Of a stretch of DNA of 64,000 nucleotides, positions 55,021-64,000 are shown in pieces. A model generated the notes under the pieces. That model made no database searches. It saw only the letters and a list, made by a program, of their open reading frames with translations, and was not told where the DNA came from. Origin of the DNA: Eledone cirrhosa (lineage: Eukaryota); contig OZ024742.1 in NCBI GenBank assembly GCA_964016885.1, forward strand, positions 80,972,001 to 81,036,000, written 5' to 3'. The translations under genes were made by a program, and so were the position numbers. Every line of letters begins with the position of its first letter. The first letter of the stretch is position 1.

Positions 55021-56008
55021 GTGATGGCCAGTCGCAGATTTGAAGTTGAAGTGTAAATACGGATTGCTGGAACTTCTTCCTTGTTGAAAATCCAAGTCCC
55101 CACTTCTGTGGTTTACCATCCGATTAATTGGTGAAATATGTTTCTTTAATGGAATATATACAGGGGAGATTAATCATATTATAAGGTATCTATTTTTGAA
55201 GTTCTGGTCAACTTTATTTAGTTATCTACCTAGCTATGTGTGGTTACACACTTGTAAAAATTATCTCCTGTGATTATTCATGTTTATTTATATGTTAATT
55301 AATTTCTAGTTATTATAAAATGCTCGGACCTACTCGTTAGCATCTTAGAGCTTATTTTCAGGGTGATATGGCGCATGTCTTTCTGGCATGACACCCATAG
55401 ATTTGATTTAGATTAAATTCATTTAATTTATCTTAATTTTGGATATAGATATATAAATACGGCTCCTTAATTGTAGAGCTAACTGTGTCGAATGGCCTCG
55501 ACTACTGTTTCTAGTTGTCGATAACCCTATTCACGCCACTGGGACGAAGCTACTATGATGTGTGTATTTCGAGTAAAACACAACACGTGGTGATGGCCAG
55601 TCGTGGATTTGAACTTGAAGTGTTAACACGGATTGCTGGAACTTCTTCCTTGTGGAAAATCTAAGTCCCCACTTCCGTGGTTTACAATCCAATTAATTGG
55701 AGAAATATATTTCTTTAATGGAATATATACAGAGAGGATTAATCATATTATAAGTTATCTATTTTTGAAGTTCTGGTCAACTTTATTTAGTTACCTACCT
55801 AGCTATGTGTGGTTACACACTAGTAAAAAATATCTTCTGTGATTATTCATGTTTATTTATATGTTAAGCAATTTCTAGTTATTATAAAATGAACGGACCT
55901 ACTCGTTAGAATCTTATAGCTTATTTTCCGGGTGATATGGCGCATGTCTTTCTGGCATGACACCCATAATTTGGATTTAGATTAAATTCATTTAATTTAT
56001 CTTAATTT

Positions 56009-56010
<2 letters not shown>
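55021..56010. repeat. Two ~420-bp direct repeats (period 569 bp) ending at (TA)n
   Basis: 55021-55441 and 55590-56010 are highly similar, with a 150-bp spacer. Confidence 0.9.
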
Positions 56011-56040
<30 letters not shown>

Positions 56041-56043
<3 letters not shown>

Positions 56044-56082
56044 CGTTTCTGTATTGTTGGCAACATGACCCTCCCAAAGTAT

Positions 56083-56090
<8 letters not shown>
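56041..56090. mobile_element. 50-bp two-armed PLE-tail insert in (TA)n
   Basis: The right part TGACCCTCCCAAAGTATAACAATA matches the PLE terminus (reverse complement of 49595-49619). The left TTTCGTTTCT matches ~49676-49685 in the opposite orientation. Confidence 0.6.
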
Positions 56091-56149
<59 letters not shown>

Positions 56150-57215
56150 TATATATATATATACATATAAGTATATATATATATATATACATATACACAT
56201 CTGTCATATATATCTAAATGATTCATGAGGTAAGACAAGCTTCATGAAATTTTGTCGTGTATAGTAATGTGAGAAATACATTTATTGACCGAGAATATTT
56301 CCATATGCCTGTAAAACAGTAAACCAATGAATAAAATATAGGAAAATATCAAATTATTCCTATAAAGAATTACGCATATCCAAGCATATATATCAACATA
56401 TGCATTTATGTTTTCATGTCTGAATGTAATTTTCTAAGTATCGTTACATACATATCTATTAGCATACATGCATGCATACATACCTACATACACACAGTCA
56501 TACATACGCACAAATATAATGAAACAAATATTCACAAAATGCAAACATAGATATCAACATACATACTTACACTCGTACATACAAATATACACTCCCAAAC
56601 AAATCAACATCTAATAACTACATATACAGATACACATGTACAGATACAACACATATGGAGAGTGCACATATATGTTTCAAAACATTCATATCCACACAGA
56701 GTTTACATTTATACATGCACACACACGCTTGCATACATACATATCTACCTGGCTGAAGTCGTTTAAATTCAAATGAGAGAGACTCGTGCCTGTGGTAGAA
56801 ACCGGCTCTCTCTCTCTCTCTATTGGTAAAAAAAAAAGGAAATTATAAAACCAGAAGTATATACATTAACAGATACACATATAGGTATACATATATACTG
56901 ATTCGAAATGCCCTTCGATTTTATGGTCAAATGCTTTGTTGAAAATTCTAACAACAGACATGCCTAAATTCTTTCAAAGAGGTAAAATGGTGGCCAACAT
57001 CTCTCTAATGTAGTGTTTGGGGCATGCCCCAGGCATTCAAGAAAGTTGGGACTCGATTACTCACTGCGATTTCGTTCAGATTGTTTCCCTCGTTACAGAA
57101 ACTTTGCCAGAGTTAGCGTCTACTATATATTGTAACCGAAAATGATTATGTCCATTTTCTTTCGGGCGCATACATTTCAAGTTGCATGTCCATATAAACA
57201 TAACAACACAGACAC

Positions 57216-57285
<70 letters not shown>

Positions 57286-57287
<2 letters not shown>

Positions 57288-57844
57288 AAGAAACTAATTA
57301 GTTGGAGTGAAATTTTTATAATATTCTTATTTCATATAATTTGTCTGCATCCCCTTGCATTGAACCACAAAGTTACTAAGACAAAACCTATATATTTGCT
57401 AGCATATGTATGCATCTGTATATATCTGTTGGTAGATATACTAATTCCTTATAATTATCTCCAAATTATTTTGTTGTGCAAAAATTTGCCAAAACTGTTA
57501 CTATAGTTCATAGTAATAGCTTGGCTACTGTCTCTTTTACACCCCACTCCTCACTGATTAACCTCGATGTCACGTGATTGATTCTTTTGAATTTGCCACC
57601 GACCAAGTAGGCAGTGATTCTTTCAATGTCTTGGAATTTAATCCACGCTTGCTTTTTTCCATCCCCTGAATTATTTTTGTATAAGATCCCCGTGTCCACG
57701 CATCGCCTTGGATCTTAGCTGGTGACGAAATGGCTTCTCCCTGCTTTCCATTCGGAAACCATGTTTATTACCTTTCAGAAACTAATTAGTTGGAGTGAAA
57801 TTTTAGTAAGTAAGTTAATTTTTATAATTTTCTTATTTTACGTC

Positions 57845-57848
<4 letters not shown>
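57286..57848 (+). repeat. ~560-bp insert in (TA)n with terminal direct repeats
   Basis: AGAAACTAATTAGTTGGAGTGAAATTTT...TTCTTATTT at 57289 and 57777. Contains GAAA-palindrome-TT, like a hammerhead right half. Confidence 0.6.
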
Positions 57849-57883
<35 letters not shown>

Positions 57884-57885
<2 letters not shown>

Positions 57886-58330
57886 ACAAAATAGAGGTGT
57901 AACACACGAGTTGTGATATATTAGTAAAAGGAAAAGAAAATGGTGACAAATTTTTCCCAGTGAAAAATAGTTTAATTAGGAATAAGTATACATTAGTAAT
58001 AAGTAGTTGTTAGTATTCAGTTTTAGTTTTAAGTGTTTACCGTTTGCGCATTTCTAATGCTTTTCAAAAATAATTTTGAGATAGGGCGCTTGTGATGTTT
58101 GCTCTAATCTGATCAGTTTTGGAAATTCTTCCTGTTTTATGTGAAAAAAGTGGCTCCTGAGGTATTAAGATTTGGTTGGTTGTTTGATGTCACGTGAACG
58201 AGTACTATAAATTTCGCGCCAATTGGTGTTGCAGAAATTCTTGTAGTCAAAACAATTTTGATTGGTCGGTAGAGGCCACGTGTATGTTAAAAATTGATTT
58301 TGCAGCAAATGGAGGTTTGTCGAAGAGTGT
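57884..58330 (-). mobile_element. PLE-like tail related to 45388-45597, with U3-A8 hammerhead-like motif at 58035-58070
   Basis: Minus strand TTGAAAA-GCAT-TAGAA-ATGC-GCAA-ACGG-TA and terminal ACTCGTGTGTTACACCTC (compare ACTCGTGTAGGACACCTC at 45543). Ends at (TA)n. Confidence 0.55.
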
Positions 58331-58502
58331 CCTTTTTCCCCTGATTGACAAGTCACTGCAAAATAAGTATTTTAAGACAAATATGTGTGTGTGTGTGTGA
58401 GTAGTAAAGAGGTTCATTGTTGTGATAATGGTCAGTAGGGATGTGTGTGTGAATTTCAGTCATTTTGAAAGGTCAACAATTCAGGTCTCTATTGAGACAA
58501 AG

Positions 58503-58638
<136 letters not shown>

Positions 58639-58804
58639 AGCAGAGTGGTTCGTGGTAGAGGGAATAAATTCGGTCAGTAGAAATGTGTGTGAACGTGTGT
58701 GGGGATATTTTAACATGCCGAAATATATTTTTCAGCTCTTCTTTTATACGGAGTAGTGTGTGTGTGCGTATGTCTGTTTGTATGTTAGTGTACGCGTGTG
58801 TATG

Positions 58805-58858
<54 letters not shown>

Positions 58859-59180
58859 GATGGACCAGTATTTTTGTGATACTGGTAAAAATGGTGTACA
58901 TTATTCGATATTTTCAGTAATTTGCAAAAACGATTCTCTCAAAAGTACATCAAAAACATTAATAATAAAAGTGGTGAAATGATGTATAGTATTGTCATAA
59001 TACCAAGGTGTGTGTGAGTGTCCAGATTGTACGTACTGCAAGGGGAATCCATTAGGCCCTGTCGTATGGGAATACTTGTGTACAAATATGTATGTGCCCA
59101 TCAGTGTGCAATGTATGTGTGCGTATATCCAGGGGGTGTAACTTGGAGTTACTATGAGGTGTAGAGCTCTACATAGTGTA

Positions 59181-59450
59181 ATATATTGAAAGGATAACAA
59201 GGACGATTGATTACTCCTTCATTGCATTTATTGGTAGCTGACGCGCGTTTGGCCACTGATCAGCTCAAGTTTCGATCTGTATCGATCCTACCCGACTCAA
59301 TAATCGGCGGGACCGTCGAGCCGCCGATTATTGAGTCGGGTACGATCGATACAGATCGAACCTTGAGCTGATTAGTGGCGAAACGGGCGTCACCTACCAA
59401 TAAATCCAATGAAGGATTAATCAATCGTCCTTGTTATACTTTCAATATAT
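59181..59450. mobile_element. ~270-bp fold-back with 10-bp spacer
   Basis: Arms 59181-59310 / 59321-59450 with scattered substitutions. Each carries a GAAACG.GCGTC-type hammerhead right half and AATAAA. The right end abuts (TA)n. Confidence 0.85.
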
Positions 59451-62400
59451 ATATATGTATATAAAGACAGAGAGAGACAGTGGTAATGGAGGAGGACAGA
59501 GCAAATATAGATATATACATCGATTTTTAGCTCGAGACGCATATAAGACATTCGATTTCAAATCAAGGATACCTGCAAATACCTTATTTAGCAGAGAGAC
59601 GGTTGATTGGATGTCAAATCGATATTTTATATAATGTTAACACCTGTCCCACAAAATCTAACGTACCGGAACGTAAGATCGATATCTCTGTAATTTACCA
59701 CAAACTACGATTAATTTAGCATTTTTTGATTAACTCGAAATCCAGGATATATCAATACTTCGAATGTTGTTTAATCTTCCTACAGAGAAACGAAAACTTG
59801 AAGCAGTGGATTATTTCGTGCTATGTTTCCAATCTATATTATATAAAATTATAACATGACAGAAAATTTCACGAAACTCAAAGAGACTAAATTTAAAGAA
59901 TTGATTGATATACGGCATTAACATAAATAATGAAACCGACAAAAGAAGTATTTTTGTTGTTAAGAACATGTGTTACTATGCAAGAGATAATAACGGATAA
60001 TACCTTTCATGAAAATACAAATCAATATGTATATTCGAAAATAATGTGAAAACATAATACATCATTAAATCCATGTCGAAATTGTTTGACAGCAGAAAAA
60101 GTAGATTGCGTAATGAGCTAGCAATCTTTTTATCGCATACCGAATACCCGTAAAAATAAGAAATAAGTGAAGCTTGTATAAATTCCAAATCGATATGCGT
60201 TGAATTACTCTCATCACAAAATCCAAATCATAGCTATTGTTTTTGGCCCTACATACGTATCGCAGATTAAGTAATATTATAGTCCTAATGTAGAATATGT
60301 ATCAAGCTTAAATATATCCTCAAATATTCTCCTGAAAGAGGACATCAACAAGTAATTCATTATTCATTTCATGTAGTCATATTATACACAATATCCCACT
60401 CAATTACGCATTAAGACTGCAACAACATGTAGCTATTTGAATTACCTTATGCAAACAAATTTCTTTATCGAAATACATGAATACATGCTAAAAAAAAAAA
60501 TATAATTTCCAGTTTGATGATGTTAGATGTCATTCAATATCGGGAAAAGCAAAGGACACCAAAGGAGTGAGCAAATGTTACCAGTGATGAATTATAATTA
60601 CACCGAAACTTATTGCGTTGTGATATTATCACATCTCAAATTTATGATAGCGAAACAAAAATGAAGGTTTATTACACACACATATATGTAAAGCAAACCA
60701 TGTGAATATTTTTTCATTATCATGCTGAGTTATACTCATTGCTAATTAATACAAATCAATCAAGTTTTCAGTATCTCTCATAAGCTTTCAAAAATCAAAA
60801 TATTTATCAAATCTATACGATGTAATGGTTTCTTTACATCGTTACCTTGACATAATTAAGTGTTGGTAATGAGGAACTGTAATACTACAATACATTTATA
60901 AGGGCTCTTAAAATTATAGTGTATGACTACAACTGAAAATATAACATCACTAAATGCACATGTTGTTATACATAAACATAGAATATATCAGTCTAAATCA
61001 TGCTCTTCAAATAACGTTTCTCTTTTTACTCTTTCTTCTACTTTGATCAGGACATTCGGGTTACCGGGATATGTATATCTTCTGCTTTCTCTTTGGTTAG
61101 CTCATTCTTTACTGATTCCTCTGCCTTCTCTCTCAGTCACTTTTCTTCTCTTCCATAATTCTATGTATGTTTCTCTTTGTCTTCTTCCTCCTCATTCTCT
61201 CGTTTTTTTAAATCTTCGTGGGAATCCAAGAAATCGACTACTTCTCTTTGGTATGTTGATAGTGGTCTCTGTATTTTGTATGTATAATATCTAACTGTTT
61301 GAAGAACATGCAGTCTACAAGGTAAATGCCAGAGTAACAGTCCACTTGCTCAGGCTTTAAACATGCCCACAAAACACACACACACACCAACATACACACA
61401 CATAAAGGTGGCAGTATTTTGATGATGTTAATATGTTTTTCATATTATCAAGTAGAATGCGTTTGCTATGACTCTTTCGATTTGTAATCACATCATATAT
61501 TGATCTCTTCCCTATTAACGATGAAAATGTGTTACTTACTCACATTATAGTTGTTAATTTTAGAAGAACGTGCATTTTCGTAAACTTACTTTCGTACCTA
61601 CTGTTCTCATTCGACATTATGTAATGCTGTTTCAATGCAATGATGTTGCGCTATCTATAATGAGCATAAGTTACATACTGGTGATACATTTTGAATAGGC
61701 ACGTCATTAAATGTAATTTTATCTTGTCTTTGCCAATGTATCCTGTATTCAAGTGCTTAGAAAATAAAATTCACTGACGGCTATTAGGAATAATTTAGTA
61801 TACATCTCCAAAAGAGGGAATATCATAAAAATAGAGAATTGGCAATCAGTGAATTCAGATTTAATTATTCCTATCAATTACATTTTAGTAAGCTTTAGCC
61901 GGAGAAGAAATATCACCTTGATGTTTTCCGTTCCAAATTAATTAAAAGTTTTCTTTTTTTCTAATTATACATATTTATTTCACTTGAAAGTAATATTACG
62001 TCATATACTGCCATGCTTGTTTGTGTTGGTTATAAGTGGAAGCAATTAACGCATTTCATTTTATGGCAAGTGAAATTAATCGAGCAGACATTAAATATGA
62101 AGCATTGCAGTCGACATCATTTCATATTTCTGGATGTACGTAAAATCAAACAATGTCATGTTTTTAGATTTATATTAGACGGTAATGGGCTTTTGAGGGC
62201 TAATTTTATGCTAACTATAGAATTTCACCCACGCTGTCAAATATCGAAATCGACAAAATCCTTGAGTCGCCAGTGTCCACAAGATTGAAACTAAATTGTT
62301 GTTAATATCGAGTTTGGGATTCTCATATTCCTCTGCCATATTAAATGCGTGGAATACCATATAGGTGACCTACATTTAGCTATATTGAATGCATAGTGGA

Positions 62401-62623
62401 AAGATTTGCTAGATCGCAATTAGGAATAAATTGCGACAAAATAACCTGCAAATCAGCGGTAGATGGACGGGCGCCTCCTAGAAATAGCGGCCGTCTAATA
62501 AAATGTTTGTTGAAGAATGAATTATTAAGCATACATCGATGAAGTAAGACAATCACTGTCAATTCACTCTCAGATTTTCCTCGCTTTCTAGTACATTCGA
62601 ATTATATTAAGCCTTTTAATACC

Positions 62624-62663
<40 letters not shown>

Positions 62664-62670
<7 letters not shown>

Positions 62671-63062
62671 TTAGAAATTATAAGCTTTCACCGTATTTTA
62701 GACTAAAGGAATTTCTAGCCTGATAGTGGGGTTTATAACCCTCGGAGAAATGGAAAAAAGATGAATGGAAAATATGAACTTAGCTAAGTTCATAGCTTCT
62801 ACTTCGAATGGAAGGAGATGGGATGTGTATTGGTGTAATGGTAGCACATTGGTCTGGATAACCAAAGATGTGGGTTCGATTCCCATGTACGGCAACACTC
62901 ATCTTTTTCCATTTCTCCGAGGGTTATAAACCCCACTATCAGGCAAGAAATTCCTTTAGTCTAAAATACGGTGAAAGCGTATAATATCTAATTCCTAATT
63001 TCAAACTCGCGCATCGTTTCAAAAATATACTTACATGTTTACGTTTATAATTTGCTTGTTTT
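62664..63062. mobile_element. tRNA-headed SINE-like element with inverted 3' tail, in (TA)n
   Basis: Inverted arms 62664-62764 / 62899-62998 around a tRNA-like sequence, ~65-bp right extension, (TA)n on both sides. Confidence 0.8.
62824..62894 (+). pseudogene. tRNA-like sequence (pseudo-tRNA / SINE head)
   Basis: A box TGGTGTAATGG, D stem GTGT/GCAC, anticodon stem TTGGT/ACCAA (loop CTGGATA), T arm GTGGG-TTCGATT-CCCAT. The acceptor stem is partly unpaired. Confidence 0.7.
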
Positions 63063-63787
63063 ATATATATATATATTCCCGTATACTGGACGTGTACAAT
63101 GGACCTGTCTATTCGATCATCACACCTGCCTATATATTCAACGGACACCGAAATTGTTCATCACTCCTAACAACATGATAACAGCCGTCCTTGTTGTCTA
63201 GAAAATGAACCCACTCGTGATGTTTTTGTTTGTCCTAGCATTTCCCAGTTCAACGGCCATTCGACCCAATGAAGCCATATTGCTTCTGAGAGTTGATGAT
63301 TTGAATGCTTTAAACATACAACAGGGTATTTATACAGCCCCACCCCATCCCCCATCCCTCACAAAACACCCCACCCACACCCACCCCACAACAAAAAATA
63401 AAACAATCTCAAGATGGGGAAACCATATCCAGGAACATCTTTTCAGTGGTGATTAAATAGGATTGAAAGGGAATGAAAAAAATTATATAGCCATGGAACT
63501 TGATTTTAGGTACGGAATTTTCCACGAAAGCTACATTCTAACCCATTTATTCATACAAATGAATGCGTATTGGTAAAGTATTGCGCACGAAAAAGTAGTC
63601 TGGCTTCTGTAATATAGCATAAATACAGAAATAGATTTTACAAACATTTCTTTAGGTTTTTCTGTTTCGCTTATATTCAAACTCCAGCTGTCTGATGTTG
63701 CCTAAAGGTAATAACGAAAATGTATATGACAACAGATATTAATAAACGAAATTAATTTTAATTTCAACATCCTGACTTCTACTTCAT

Positions 63788-63835
<48 letters not shown>

Positions 63836-63840
<5 letters not shown>

Positions 63841-64000
63841 GATACAATAGCTTTCACCGTATTTTTTTACTAAAGAAGTTTTAGTCTGATAATGGGGTTT
63901 AGAACCCTCAGAGAAATGGAAAAAGATGAGAGTATTGACGTACATGTACGTCAATACTTATTAGCAGGAAAATAAGGATTTTTTAGTTCCGCGTATTTAC
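63836..64000 (-). mobile_element. Second copy of the tRNA-linked element tail, ending in a 28-bp perfect palindrome
   Basis: Homologous to 62664-62764 and to the reverse complement of 62884-62998. AGTATTGACGTACATGTACGTCAATACT at 63931-63958. (TA)n on the left. Confidence 0.75.

Noticed and set aside
62824-62894. Functional tRNA gene
   Set aside because: The acceptor stem is mismatched, the GGA anticodon lacks a long variable arm, and it is embedded in a repeated element. Treated as a pseudo-tRNA or SINE head.

Overview
Eukaryotic, AT-rich, microsatellite-saturated DNA, with dozens of (TA)n, (TG)n and (CT)n tracts. The repeat content resembles an octopus or other cephalopod genome (inference). 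No intact host gene is supportable, and most ORF-track entries are microsatellite translations. The window is a transposon graveyard: a decayed autonomous Helitron (Rep HUH + Pif1) plus several non-autonomous Helitrons, a Tc1 deletion derivative, RTE-type LINE fragments, a tandem cluster of Tx1/L1-type LINEs, five copies of one SINE, and at least five Penelope-like elements (PLEs) of three apparent clades. The main signal is non-coding. About 15 type I hammerhead ribozyme motifs can be read by eye, including a U3-A8 core variant. About ten inserts in (TA)n tracts share one architecture: two retroelement 3' tails joined back-to-back and facing outward into the (TA)n on each side, sometimes from diverged or different families. 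This suggests PLE-driven two-ended insertion or break healing at TA microsatellites. Also present are a retrozyme-like element (two hammerheads 658 nt apart), a tandem pair of apparently covarying structured RNAs, a tRNA-headed element with the same fold-back architecture, and a SINE whose tail matches the Tx1 LINE tail. All alignments and folds were done by eye, so boundaries are approximate.
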